DNA of 64,000 nt from Clostridia bacterium (GCA_017514685.1 JAFWJN010000040.1:5056-69055), one strand, 5' to 3'; positions 44,528 through 54,149 are shown, numbered from the stretch's first letter. Translations and numbers: made by a program. The notes: generated by a model from the sequence alone, not told the origin.

Positions 44528-45604
44528 ATGCTTTTCAGATGCAAAAACTGCGGAGGTCTTGTTGCGTTCCAAAATGGCGATGCCGCTGGTACCTGCAAAG
44601 GCTGCGGTCTGAAGCAGGAAATAAACGAACACTTCATCTACGAGCAAGCCAACCTTTTTGCTTTGGAGAATACGGAAGAAAGCCTGGAACAGGCGATGAA
44701 TCTTTACCGTGCCGTTCCAGGGTGGAAAGACGCGAATCAGAAGTATAAAGATTGCCGGACACAGCTCGGCAGGATGAGATGGCAGAAAGAATCCGCTCTG
44801 CTGAAAGCTGAAGAAACCAGATTTGAAGCAAAAATTTCAAAGTTGAAGAAAGCCGGAATTGCCGTTCTTGCCGTATTACTCATTTGCATAGCAATCGTAA
44901 CGATTGTTACATTGTATCAATTTAAAAAATATAATACAGCGGCAGAGTTCTTTGTTTCTGCGCAGTATGCACGTTCTGCGGAAGCTTTCCGGGAATTAAA
45001 CGGATATAAGGATGCAAAAGCAAAAGTCTACATTTCGGCTTTGGAATTATATAAAGCGAAACGGTATAAAGAAGCTGCCCCCTATTTTGCCTGGCTGCGT
45101 GGATACACAGACAACGGCTACTATTTGAAAAAATGCTGGGAGCGGATTGCTGTTCTGGATTCTTCTGCGTCAAGTGCGTCTCATAAAGTTGAATTGAAAG
45201 AAGACGGAACCGTAATTGCTTCCGGCGAAAATGATAAAGGTCAATGCAACGTGTCCGACTGGACGGATATCGTATCAGTTGCTGCCGGAGATCGATATAC
45301 AGTAGGACTGAAAAAAGATGGAACGGTTGTGGCTGTAGGAGAAAATGAAGATGGACAGTGCAATGTTGAGAGCTGGACAAATATCATTTCCATCTCGGCA
45401 AAGAACGGACATACTGTCGGACTAAAAGCAGATTGCACGGTGGTTGCCACCGGTAAAAATACTGACGGTCAATGCAATGTTTCCGATTGGGCAGATATCG
45501 TTTTTATTTCAGCGGGCGAAAATTATACTCTCGGTCAAAAGGGAGATGGATCGACTGTGATAGCGGGGAAAGACGACAGCGATCTGAAGAGCACATCTGA
45601 CTGA
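44528..45604 (+). CDS. Zinc-ribbon / single-TM protein with C-terminal RCC1-like beta-propeller repeats
   Basis: CKNCGGLV..CKGCG. TM IAVLAVLLICIAIVTIVTLY. About 4-5 repeats of the form GxNxxGQCNVSxWxxIVxISAGxxHTVGLKxDGTV. Confidence 0.68.
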   Translation: MLFRCKNCGGLVAFQNGDAAGTCKGCGLKQEINEHFIYEQANLFALENTEESLEQAMNLYRAVPGWKDANQKYKDCRTQLGRMRWQKESALLKAEETRFEAKISKLKKAGIAVLAVLLICIAIVTIVTLYQFKKYNTAAEFFVSAQYARSAEAFRELNGYKDAKAKVYISALELYKAKRYKEAAPYFAWLRGYTDNGYYLKKCWERIAVLDSSASSASHKVELKEDGTVIASGENDKGQCNVSDWTDIVSVAAGDRYTVGLKKDGTVVAVGENEDGQCNVESWTNIISISAKNGHTVGLKADCTVVATGKNTDGQCNVSDWADIVFISAGENYTLGQKGDGSTVIAGKDDSDLKSTSD

Positions 45605-46123
45605 TCAAAAAAGTCCTCCGCGCAGAAAATCCATTAAAATACTTTCCAGCGTCTCCTGCTCCATGAAGAACTTCTTCCCGCAATTATCAAGCACAACTCC
45701 TGTCAGCGCCCCCGCCAGATAATGCGCCCGTAAAGAAGCTCTTGTTTCATCCGCATCAAAACCCATGCGAAACGCTTCATATAGGCTGCTGTAAATCAGA
45801 TAAGCCGCCTGCTGCTCCGATAAAAGTATCAGTATATCACGGTTTGACCGAATATAATTGCTGCAGTAAGAACAGACCTTCTCCGGTGTATCATAAAAAG
45901 TTCTTTCTTCTGCCGGCTTACAATTGTTTTCCTGCAGTATAAAAAGAATCACATTTTCCAGGGAGCTGAACAGCGAATAAAACGTCTGTCTGGAAACGCA
46001 CGCTTCCCTGCAGAGTTCACTGACGCTGATTGTTTCATACGGTTTCCGGCGCATCAGCCTTTGAAGCGCATTAGAAATCTGTTTCTGAGATCGGTAAGCG
46101 ATTGGATTGCAGCCACAATACAT
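45605..46123 (-). CDS. TetR/AcrR-family transcriptional regulator
   Basis: N-terminal HTH ISVSELCREACVSRQTFYSLFSS. Its stop abuts the stop of the convergent gene (no spacer). Confidence 0.78.
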   Translation of the reverse strand: MYCGCNPIAYRSQKQISNALQRLMRRKPYETISVSELCREACVSRQTFYSLFSSLENVILFILQENNCKPAEERTFYDTPEKVCSYCSNYIRSNRDILILLSEQQAAYLIYSSLYEAFRMGFDADETRASLRAHYLAGALTGVVLDNCGKKFFMEQETLESILMDFLRGGLF

Positions 46124-46190
46124 TTCAGCTTTTCTCCGCTTTCATTTAAAAATATGGACAAAACTTTCACACTGGGTTCACATGGGGAAC

Positions 46191-46222
46191 TTGACTTTCA
46201 GTAAACTTATGTTAAACTGAAA
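46191..46222 (+). promoter_or_regulatory. Candidate promoter overlapped by an inverted repeat (possible TetR operator)
   Basis: TTGACT-16 nt-TAAACT. Inverted repeat TTTCAGT-13 nt-ACTGAAA at 46196-46222. Confidence 0.4.
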
Positions 46223-46285
46223 TCAACTTGGACAGTTGTAAAGTCTTTATCATTATATCAATCTGAACTTACTTGTCAAGAAAGA

Positions 46286-46316
46286 GCTTCTTCTGAAGAA
46301 GGAGCATCTTTTTTCC
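46286..46316 (+). terminator. Terminator-like hairpin in the lon 5' leader
   Basis: GCTTCTTC-TGAA-GAAGGAGC (one G-U pair) followed by ATCTTTTTTCC, 38 nt upstream of the lon ATG. Confidence 0.5.
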
Positions 46317-46353
46317 AGGCACTAATACTCTGGTTCTAAAAGGAGGTTATCTT

Positions 46354-48627
46354 ATGGCTGTCGTTCCCGTTTACCGGATGATTACCCTTCCGGATTCAAA
46401 CATCTATCTTCAGACAGACCTTTATAAAAACATGACCGGCCGTTCTCCGATTGAAGGCGAAAAGGTCACGATTATCATATCCAAAAAAGAAACTGCTCGT
46501 AAGGATCTCGGAAGTGAAAGCTTCTATCCGATCGGAGTTTCCGGAAGGATTATCGAAATCAGCGATCAAGGTTATGTGCTTGTTCATCTATCCACTCGTG
46601 TCAATCTGGATGAAATCTATTTCTATCCGGATAATACGATCGAGCTGACAGTTTCCCGCCGTGAGGAAATCAATGATCTGGATGAACAGGAAGCCATGGC
46701 AAAGCTTGCCGCGATCAAGCATGAACTCTCCTCTTTCTCAAAGGGTTTCGAGTGGGGAGAAGCACTCCGCAATTATATCCAGTCCTGGAATACGATCGGC
46801 GATATCGGCGCCGGTATGTCCCCATGGATGTCTGAAAGCAATGAGGAGCGATATGCTCTTCTAGCGGAAGACAGCAAGAAACTCCGGTTTGAAAAGCTTG
46901 AAGCCATGATTTACCAGAATCTTGAACTGCTTCGGGTTCGCTTAAAAGCGCAATCGGTACAGCATCAGAACAATCAGAAGCTTTATCATGAGCAGGCAAT
47001 CCGGAAGCAGATCAGCTACCTGCAAAAGGAACTCGATGAACTCCATCCGGAAGAACTGGACGATATCCGAAAGCTTGAGCTGAAAATTGAAAACGCGGGC
47101 ATGAACGAAACGGCATTAAAAGAAGCCCGAAAGCTTATGAACCGTCTGAAAGCAGAAGGAACGGACGGTCACGAAAGCGGATTGATCATGGATTATCTGG
47201 AATTTGCTTCCTCTCTTCCCTGGAAGAAAGAGCCCCTGAAAGAAATTGATCTGTCAGAAGCGGAAGCGATTCTTGACGCAGATCATTTCGGATTGGAAAA
47301 AGTCAAACGCCGTATTCTGGAACAGATTGCCGTTATGCGCTTAAAGAAGAAGCAATCCGGTTCCATTCTGCTGTTTGTTGGCGCACCGGGCACAGGAAAA
47401 ACCAGCATCGGACAGAGCATTGCAAAAGCACTCGGACGTGAATATGTTCGCGTCAGTCTGGGCGGCATCCATGACGAAGCGGATATCAGAGGCCATCGCC
47501 GTACGTATATCGGAGCTATGCCGGGACGGATTATGGACGGAATTCACAAAGCAGGCGTTTCCAACCCCGTTATGGTTCTGGATGAAGTAGATAAACTTTC
47601 TGCCTCCTTTAACGGAGATCCCGCAAGTGCTCTGCTGGAAGCTCTTGATCCCGAACAGAACTTTTCTTTCACGGATCATTATATGAATGTTCCTTTCGAT
47701 TTGAGCGATGTGCTTTTTATCTGCACTGCCAATACGATCGATACGATTCCGGAACCGCTATTCAACCGTATGGAAATGATCCGGTTCCAGGGATATACAC
47801 CTATCGAAAAGAAGGAAATTGCAATTCAGCATCTCCTTCCGAAAGCCCTGGAATCCGCCGGGCTCGGAAAAGAAGACCTTACTCTCGAAAATGGGGTGAT
47901 TGAGCAAATCATCGATGAGTATACACGGGAAGCAGGTGTCCGCGGGTTGAAAAAGCGCATCGACACTCTCTGCCGAAGTGCTGCAATTCAGTTGGTCAAA
48001 GGGACAACATCCCCAATCGAAGTGAAAAAAGAACAGCTCCGGGAATATCTGGATATGAGTCCGATTCATCAGAAACTGGTTAAGGATTCTGCCGAACCCG
48101 GTGTTGTGACCGGTCTCGCATGGACAGAGGTCGGCGGTGATGTACTGTATATTGAAACGATGAAAACGAACGGGAGCGGTAAACTGACCATTACCGGTCA
48201 GTTAGGTGATGTGATGAAAGAATCCGCTCAGATAGCAATCAGCCTTGTTAAGTCCATGTATCCTGAGCAGGCCACACAGCTGGAACACCAGGACCTGCAT
48301 ATTCATGTTCCGGACGGTGCAACCCCCAAAGACGGTCCCTCTGCCGGGATTACCCTGACGACTGCTCTCGCTTCTTTGGTCAGCGGCATTTCTGTCAGTC
48401 CGGCAATTGCCATGACCGGTGAAGTATCTCTTCAGGGAAATGTCAATCCGATCGGCGGTCTTCCGGAAAAACTCATGGCCGCACAGCGCTCCGGGGTGCA
48501 GAAAGTCTTTATTCCTGCTGACAATGTTGATGATCTTAACGATGTCGCTGAAGAAGTCAAAGATCAGTTGACGATTATACCGGTTCATACCGTCAGCGAA
48601 GTCCTTCATAATCTTTCTCTCGAATAG
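46354..48627 (+). CDS. lon: ATP-dependent Lon protease (LonA type)
   Basis: N-terminal LON domain, Walker [10 protein letters not shown], catalytic PKDGPSAG Ser and downstream Lys region. AAAGGAGG SD. Confidence 0.95.
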   Translation: MAVVPVYRMITLPDSNIYLQTDLYKNMTGRSPIEGEKVTIIISKKETARKDLGSESFYPIGVSGRIIEISDQGYVLVHLSTRVNLDEIYFYPDNTIELTVSRREEINDLDEQEAMAKLAAIKHELSSFSKGFEWGEALRNYIQSWNTIGDIGAGMSPWMSESNEERYALLAEDSKKLRFEKLEAMIYQNLELLRVRLKAQSVQHQNNQKLYHEQAIRKQISYLQKELDELHPEELDDIRKLELKIENAGMNETALKEARKLMNRLKAEGTDGHESGLIMDYLEFASSLPWKKEPLKEIDLSEAEAILDADHFGLEKVKRRILEQIAVMRLKKKQSGSILLFVGAPGTGKTSIGQSIAKALGREYVRVSLGGIHDEADIRGHRRTYIGAMPGRIMDGIHKAGVSNPVMVLDEVDKLSASFNGDPASALLEALDPEQNFSFTDHYMNVPFDLSDVLFICTANTIDTIPEPLFNRMEMIRFQGYTPIEKKEIAIQHLLPKALESAGLGKEDLTLENGVIEQIIDEYTREAGVRGLKKRIDTLCRSAAIQLVKGTTSPIEVKKEQLREYLDMSPIHQKLVKDSAEPGVVTGLAWTEVGGDVLYIETMKTNGSGKLTITGQLGDVMKESAQIAISLVKSMYPEQATQLEHQDLHIHVPDGATPKDGPSAGITLTTALASLVSGISVSPAIAMTGEVSLQGNVNPIGGLPEKLMAAQRSGVQKVFIPADNVDDLNDVAEEVKDQLTIIPVHTVSEVLHNLSLE

Positions 48628-48649
48628 TGCAAAATCATTCACCAGATTG

Positions 48650-48680
48650 GAAGACCCGCTCCTTCGGATCGGGTCTTCTT
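48650..48680 (+). terminator. Hairpin after lon
   Basis: GAAGACCCG-11 nt-CGGGTCTTC followed by a weak T tract (TTGCATCTCTTC). Confidence 0.5.
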
Positions 48681-48762
48681 GCATCTCTTCTGCAATAGCA
48701 ACAGCGGGTTGCGTGTAATATCCGCATTTTCATGCTATAATTTCCGATAAGGAGGTGATCCT

Positions 48763-49527
48763 GTGAATACTAAAGACATCTTATTTGAGCTCCGAACCAA
48801 AAAAGGCCTTTCCCAGGACGAACTGGCAGAAAAAGTTTTTGTAACCAGGCAAGCAGTATCCCGCTGGGAAAACGGTGAAACGGTTCCGAGTACCGATACG
48901 TTAAAATTGCTTTCCAATCTTTTTCATGTTTCTATCAACACGCTGCTCGGATCACCGCGTCAGCTTATATGCCAATGCTGCGGAATGCCGCTCGAAGACG
49001 CCATCATCAGCAGCAACCGGGACGGTTCTCTGAATGAAGACTATTGCAAATGGTGCTATGCTGACGGAACCTATACATACAGCAGCATGGACGATCTGAT
49101 CGATGTCTGCATTCCTCATATGATTAATGAAAACTTTTCCGAAGCGCAGGCCCGCTCTTATATGAAGCAGACACTTCCGAAGCTTGATTACTGGAAAAGA
49201 TATGAAGAACTCAGTGATAACGGTCAGTTTGAAGCTTTCAAAAAGAAACTGACAGAAGAGATCAACGGCCTGCACATTGAAGGGATGCCCAAGGTAGAGA
49301 AACTAAACGCTCTTGTAGGCAGTTTTGTCAATCTGAAGTACAGGCTTCCAAGTGGTGCTGAAGTGAAATTTCTGAACGATCAGACAACCTACCTCGGAAC
49401 TCAATTGAAGTCAGAACTATGCGAAGATCTGTGCTTCGGTGTTCTTGCCAATATGGATTTCATTCTGATTTGCACGTATGAAGCAGACGGTGCTAATTCG
49501 GAACTGATTCTGTATAAAAAACGATAA
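48763..49527 (+). CDS. XRE-family HTH regulator fused to a putative zinc-ribbon and C-terminal domain
   Basis: LSQDELAEKVFVTRQAVSRWENGETVPS HTH, then CQCCGMPL...CKWCY. GTG start with AAGGAGG SD. Confidence 0.75.
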   Translation: MNTKDILFELRTKKGLSQDELAEKVFVTRQAVSRWENGETVPSTDTLKLLSNLFHVSINTLLGSPRQLICQCCGMPLEDAIISSNRDGSLNEDYCKWCYADGTYTYSSMDDLIDVCIPHMINENFSEAQARSYMKQTLPKLDYWKRYEELSDNGQFEAFKKKLTEEINGLHIEGMPKVEKLNALVGSFVNLKYRLPSGAEVKFLNDQTTYLGTQLKSELCEDLCFGVLANMDFILICTYEADGANSELILYKKR

Positions 49528-49555
49528 TTCTGAATTCTTCTATGAGGTACTAAAA

Positions 49556-49600
49556 AACGGCACTGTCTTTCGGTTAGCAGTGCCGTTATTTGTTGTTTCT
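49556..49600. terminator. Bidirectional hairpin terminator
   Basis: AACGGCACTG-12 nt-CAGTGCCGTT. TTTTTTAG on the minus strand, ATTTGTTGTTT on the plus strand. Confidence 0.8.
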
Positions 49601-49612
49601 TGACTTCAATTT

Positions 49613-49864
49613 TCAGCCTTTCAGTCCTCTTGACTGGCGGTCCATGTCCTCCACCACGATATCATAGATTTCACCGAGAGACGCGCAGTACTCCAAGACT
49701 TTCCAAGGTTCATTCGTATGATAATGGATTTTGATCATTTCGGAAAAACCCACAGCCAAAAGGCTGTCTCCGTCAAAGTGCTCTGTAAAATAATCATTGA
49801 TTGCATCTTCATCCAGATCATGTCCGTCAATCAGCAACTGTGTATCATAACGATATTCCAGCAT
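49613..49864 (-). CDS. Stand-alone 83-aa protein resembling the middle region of DAK2/YloV-type proteins
   Basis: GDSLLAVGFSEMIKIHYHTNEPWKVLEYCASLGEIYDIVVEDM resembles the YloV internal segment. AAGGAG SD. Confidence 0.55.
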   Translation of the reverse strand: MLEYRYDTQLLIDGHDLDEDAINDYFTEHFDGDSLLAVGFSEMIKIHYHTNEPWKVLEYCASLGEIYDIVVEDMDRQSRGLKG

Positions 49865-49888
49865 TCTAATAATCTCCTTACTTTATAG

Positions 49889-50827
49889 TTAATTCTCTTC
49901 TGTTTGTTTGTCCGAACAGGAATCCATGCTTTTTCCTTCCGGAAAACCTTTCTCATCTTCTGTCTCTTCTTCCGAAGCAGTCTCCGTTTTGATAAAAAGA
50001 TCATATCTTTCGACTTCAGGATCAAATGGATCCGGGGGAAGCGGTTTCACGATTTTCTTTTTCTTCAATATCCATGCGAGCATAACACCGAACAGAATAA
50101 ACAGACTAACGACCTGTGAAAAAGAGAATATCCCGTAGGCACCGCGCACTTCATCGCCACGGAAAAACTCAATGATAAAACGGAACACAGCATATGCTAT
50201 CAGATAGATACGAATCAAAGACCCTCTTCGTTTTTCTTCATGATCCGTCAGGAGCAATGCAAGCAGAATCCCAAACAGAAGGAAATTGAATCCCGACTCA
50301 AACAGCTGAGTTGGAAACCGACTGTCCCAGAAATGAGAGCAAAAAGCGTTTTCCATGTGAATTCCGTAGCAACATGGTCTCCATACCAGCTGTCCGTCAA
50401 CCATCTCATGGCCAAAGTAACAGCCGACCCTGGCAAATCCGTGAAACAAAGGAGTCGATACCGCAACGATATCCCAGGCAAGCCTTTTTTTCGGGAGCAG
50501 TTTCCAGAACAGCAACCACATCATTCCGAAATATCCAAGCAAGCCTCCGTAAAAGACAATCCCGGAATCATTAAAAAGACGTTTGATTGTAATATCCTGT
50601 ATTCCGACAGATCTCAGATACCTCTCATACGAAATCATTCCAAACAGTTTCGCCCCGGCGATCAGTCCTACAAGGGACAGCAGCATAAGGGGGATCTGCC
50701 GCACCCAATTCTGCTTCATTTTAAAGCATAATATGACAGCGGCAGCAAAAGCCGCAACCAATCCGATTGCCGCAAATGTCCCGTAAGCCAGAATATGTTC
50801 TGTTATGAATGTCCTGATAGCGTCCAT
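49889..50827 (-). CDS. lgt: Prolipoprotein diacylglyceryl transferase
   Basis: Polytopic membrane protein with GGLLGYFG, RVGCYF and FPTQLFES motifs, plus an acidic C-terminal extension. Confidence 0.85.
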   Translation of the reverse strand: MDAIRTFITEHILAYGTFAAIGLVAAFAAAVILCFKMKQNWVRQIPLMLLSLVGLIAGAKLFGMISYERYLRSVGIQDITIKRLFNDSGIVFYGGLLGYFGMMWLLFWKLLPKKRLAWDIVAVSTPLFHGFARVGCYFGHEMVDGQLVWRPCCYGIHMENAFCSHFWDSRFPTQLFESGFNFLLFGILLALLLTDHEEKRRGSLIRIYLIAYAVFRFIIEFFRGDEVRGAYGIFSFSQVVSLFILFGVMLAWILKKKKIVKPLPPDPFDPEVERYDLFIKTETASEEETEDEKGFPEGKSMDSCSDKQTEEN

Positions 50828-50833
50828 ATTTCG

Positions 50834-50870
50834 ATTATATCCGCAGCCTCTCCTTTTGACAATGTCAAAA
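50834..50870 (-). promoter_or_regulatory. Candidate lgt promoter with overlapping 17-bp palindrome
   Basis: TTGTCA-17 nt-TATAAT on the minus strand. The -10 ends 6 nt before the lgt ATG. Palindrome TTTTGACAATGTCAAAA at 50854-50870. Confidence 0.45.
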
Positions 50871-50999
50871 TCCCGGCTGAAAAAGACTTTTCACGTGTTT
50901 TTCACAAAAGAAATCAGCCAATCAAAGCCTCAAAGCATCGGTTCCGGTCTCTTTTCCCGCGACAAATACGTTCTTTCTCCTTTCGCAGGAGTTTTTGCT

Positions 51000-53804
51000 T
51001 TACCGGATTCCCTTTACCGTATATCCTTTTTCTTCCACAGCGGTTATCAGGCTGTTCTTATCAACAGGTCCGCTCAGTGTTACTTTTACTGAATTCTGTT
51101 CATGATTCGCAACGGCTTCCTTCACATTCGGAATTGCTTCCAATGCCTTTTTGACATTTGCTTCACAGTGTGGGCACATCATTCCTTCAACATTCATAGT
51201 GATGACTTCCGGAATGTCTGACTTGTTTTGTAAAGTGATCGCTTTTACTTCATAACCGCTTGCTTCAACCGCTTCCTTCAGCGCAGATTCTTCCACCGCA
51301 GACGAAAGAGTTACAACAGCAATGTTTTTTGTATGATCCGGTGCAGCATTTTCCACTTCCGGAATCGCTTCAAGAGCCTTTTTCACTCTTGCTTCACAGT
51401 GCGGGCACATCATTCCCTCGATCTGCATCTCATAAGTCAGGGTTTTCTTTGTTTCCATAGGAATATCCTCCTTTATCATTTCATTCTTTATTGGTACCGG
51501 ACATGCTTCTTCGCTGTCCGAGATCTTCCTTTTCCGTTTTGCCCGGTCACGGGAGGCGTCATACAGTTTGAACAGATTCAGCCGCAGTGCATTTGATACC
51601 ACGCAGAAACTGGAGAGACTCATCGCTGCTGCTCCGAACATCGGATTCAGTTCCCATCCGAACAGGCTGATAAAGGCACCTGCTGCAAGGGGAATCCCGA
51701 TCGTGTTATAGAAAAATGCCCAGAAAAGATTCTCGTAGATATTCCGTAAGGTCGCGCGCGACAACCGGATTGCGGCTGAAACATCCGTCAGTTTGGAATT
51801 CATCAATACGATATCCGCCGCGTCGATTGCAACATCGGTTCCTGCCCCGATTGCAATTCCAATATCCGCTCTGGTCAATGCCGGAGCATCATTGATTCCA
51901 TCACCGACCATGGCAACTTTTCCATATCGTCCAAGATCACGGATTACAGCTTCTTTTCCTTCCGGAAGGACGCCGGCAATGACTTCGTCCACTTCCGCAA
52001 ATGCTCCGATTGCTTTTGCTGTTCTCTCATTGTCCCCTGTCAGCATGACTGTTCGGATTCCCATATTCTTTAATTCCCGGATTGCCTGCGGACTTTCCTC
52101 TTTTATAATATCTGCCACAGCAATGATTCCGCAGAGTATTCCGTCTTCCATAAACAGCAGCGGTGTTTTTCCTTCATCGGAAAGACGCCGGGATTCTTCA
52201 AGGATCTGCGGTGAAACTGATGTTTTTGATTCGATGAAAGCCAGGCTCCCTCCGAAGATTTCCCTGCCGCTGCACACAGCTCTGACGCCGCTTCCGACCA
52301 AAGCGGAGAAATCTGATGCCTCCGGTACTTTGATATGCATTTCTTCTGCTTTCTGGATAATTGCTTTTGCAAGCGGATGTTCACTTCTCTGTTCAACCGA
52401 TGCGGCAATCGCCAGAAGTTGGTCCCGTTCAATCCCGATCGGCAGAATATCCGTCACTTTTGGCTCTCCAAGCGTAATGGTCCCTGTTTTATCTAATGCT
52501 ATCACGTCAATCTTTCCCGCCTGTTCCAAAGAAACCGCTGTTTTGAAAAGAATTCCGTTCCTTGCTCCGACACCATTTCCAACCATGATGGCAACCGGCG
52601 TTGCCAGACCAAGCGCGCACGGACAGCTGATTACCAGAACGGAAATCCCCCTTGCCAGAGCATACCCGAAAGATTGTCCGATAATCAGCCAGATCAAAAG
52701 TGTCACGACAGCTATGGAAATGACTACCGGAACAAAAACACCGGAAACCTGGTCCGCAATCTTGGCAATCGGCGCCTTTGTTGCGGCAGCATCACTGACC
52801 ATTTTGATAATCTGAGAAAGCGTTGTATCCTCCCCGACACGAGTAGCCCTGCATCGTAAATAACCAGACTGATTTACTGTTGCTGCAGAAACGGTATCCC
52901 CTGCCTTTTTATCGACCGGAATGCTCTCGCCGGTCAGTGCCGCTTCATTTACCGCGCTCATTCCTTCCAGAACAATCCCGTCCACCGGAATGCTTTCTCC
53001 TGGTTTTACCGCAAACACATCTCCCTTTTTAACAGATTCAATCGGAACCTCTGACTCTTTTCCATCCAGGAGAACCGTTGCTGTTTGAGGTGCCAGCTTC
53101 ATCAGTCCCTTCAACGCGTCCGTCGTTTTGCCTTTTGCTTTCGCCTCCAGCATTTTTCCGACCGTAATTAACGTCAGAATCATCGCTGCTGACTCAAAAT
53201 AAAAGCTCATCATGAGTTTGGATACCATCTGCGTATCCCCATCCGTTACAGCACGGGTCATAGCAAATAAAATCCCGACGCTCCAGATAAATGAGATTCC
53301 GGAACCAAGCGCGACAAGAGTATCCATGTTCGGAGCTTTGTGCCAAAGAGCTTTTGCGCCGCTGATAAAAAACTTTCGGTTGACAATCAGTATCGTCAGT
53401 GAAAAAAGCATCTGCGCAAGTCCCATAGCAACATGATTGTCATCAAAGAAAGAAGGCAAAGGCCATCCCCACATCATATGTCCCATGGAAATATACATCA
53501 AGGGAATCAAAAGAGCCACCGACAGAATCAGTCTTTTTTTCAAGAGGGGCGTCTCCTTATCCTGAAGAGCCTCTTCCTGCTTTGTTATACTTTCAGATAC
53601 TTTTTCGCCTATTACGGACGCTCCGTATCCGGCATTCTCTACTGCAGAGATAATTTCATCCTCAGATGCTGTCCCCTCTACCCCCATTGCATTTGTCAAA
53701 AGGCTGACAGAACAGGCTGTAACGCCCGGAACTGCAGTAACAGCCTTTTCAACACGTGACGCACAGGCTGCGCAGCTCATTCCCGTGACATGATATTGCT
53801 TCAT
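51000..53804 (-). CDS. copA: Copper-translocating P1B-type ATPase with one N-terminal and two C-terminal HMA domains
   Basis: GMSCAACASRVEKA (N-terminal HMA), CPC (SCPCALGLATP), DKTGT, GDGINDAP, and two C-terminal GMMCPHCEA.VKKALEA domains. Confidence 0.95.
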   Translation of the reverse strand: MKQYHVTGMSCAACASRVEKAVTAVPGVTACSVSLLTNAMGVEGTASEDEIISAVENAGYGASVIGEKVSESITKQEEALQDKETPLLKKRLILSVALLIPLMYISMGHMMWGWPLPSFFDDNHVAMGLAQMLFSLTILIVNRKFFISGAKALWHKAPNMDTLVALGSGISFIWSVGILFAMTRAVTDGDTQMVSKLMMSFYFESAAMILTLITVGKMLEAKAKGKTTDALKGLMKLAPQTATVLLDGKESEVPIESVKKGDVFAVKPGESIPVDGIVLEGMSAVNEAALTGESIPVDKKAGDTVSAATVNQSGYLRCRATRVGEDTTLSQIIKMVSDAAATKAPIAKIADQVSGVFVPVVISIAVVTLLIWLIIGQSFGYALARGISVLVISCPCALGLATPVAIMVGNGVGARNGILFKTAVSLEQAGKIDVIALDKTGTITLGEPKVTDILPIGIERDQLLAIAASVEQRSEHPLAKAIIQKAEEMHIKVPEASDFSALVGSGVRAVCSGREIFGGSLAFIESKTSVSPQILEESRRLSDEGKTPLLFMEDGILCGIIAVADIIKEESPQAIRELKNMGIRTVMLTGDNERTAKAIGAFAEVDEVIAGVLPEGKEAVIRDLGRYGKVAMVGDGINDAPALTRADIGIAIGAGTDVAIDAADIVLMNSKLTDVSAAIRLSRATLRNIYENLFWAFFYNTIGIPLAAGAFISLFGWELNPMFGAAAMSLSSFCVVSNALRLNLFKLYDASRDRAKRKRKISDSEEACPVPIKNEMIKEDIPMETKKTLTYEMQIEGMMCPHCEARVKKALEAIPEVENAAPDHTKNIAVVTLSSAVEESALKEAVEASGYEVKAITLQNKSDIPEVITMNVEGMMCPHCEANVKKALEAIPNVKEAVANHEQNSVKVTLSGPVDKNSLITAVEEKGYTVKGIR

Positions 53805-53823
53805 AAAACAATCCCTTTTTCCT

Positions 53824-54132
53824 TCATTTCATCAGTTTTTGCAAAACTGCGACCAATTCATCGACCGCTTCTTCTTTTCCGGCTCGGATATCTTCTGACA
53901 CACAACTTTTGATATGGCAGGCAAGCAACGCTTTGTTAAAGCTGTTCAAAGCGCTGGTCACGGCAGAAACCTGAATCAGAATATCCGGACAGTACGCATT
54001 TTCTTCTACCATTTTTTCAATTCCGCGAATCTGTCCTTCCGCCCTTCGAAGCCTGATCAATAATTCCTTTTTTTCTTCCTGGGTCCGTTCCTTATGACGC
54101 TCTCCGCAGTGCGGGCAAGAATTGTTCTCCAT
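53824..54132 (-). CDS. csoR: CsoR-family copper-sensing transcriptional repressor
   Basis: DUF156 pattern RLRRAEGQIRGI, YCPDILIQ (Cys) and HIKSC (His/Cys) ligands. Lies directly upstream of copA. Confidence 0.9.
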   Translation of the reverse strand: MENNSCPHCGERHKERTQEEKKELLIRLRRAEGQIRGIEKMVEENAYCPDILIQVSAVTSALNSFNKALLACHIKSCVSEDIRAGKEEAVDELVAVLQKLMK

Positions 54133-54149
54133 ACACTCTTCCTCTTCTT

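Noticed and set aside
46341-46353. RNA thermometer idea for lon (fourU/ROSE-like pairing to the SD)
   Set aside because: The U tract at 46309-46314 belongs to the terminator-like hairpin. I found no convincing pairing with the actual lon SD (AAAGGAGG at 46339-46346).
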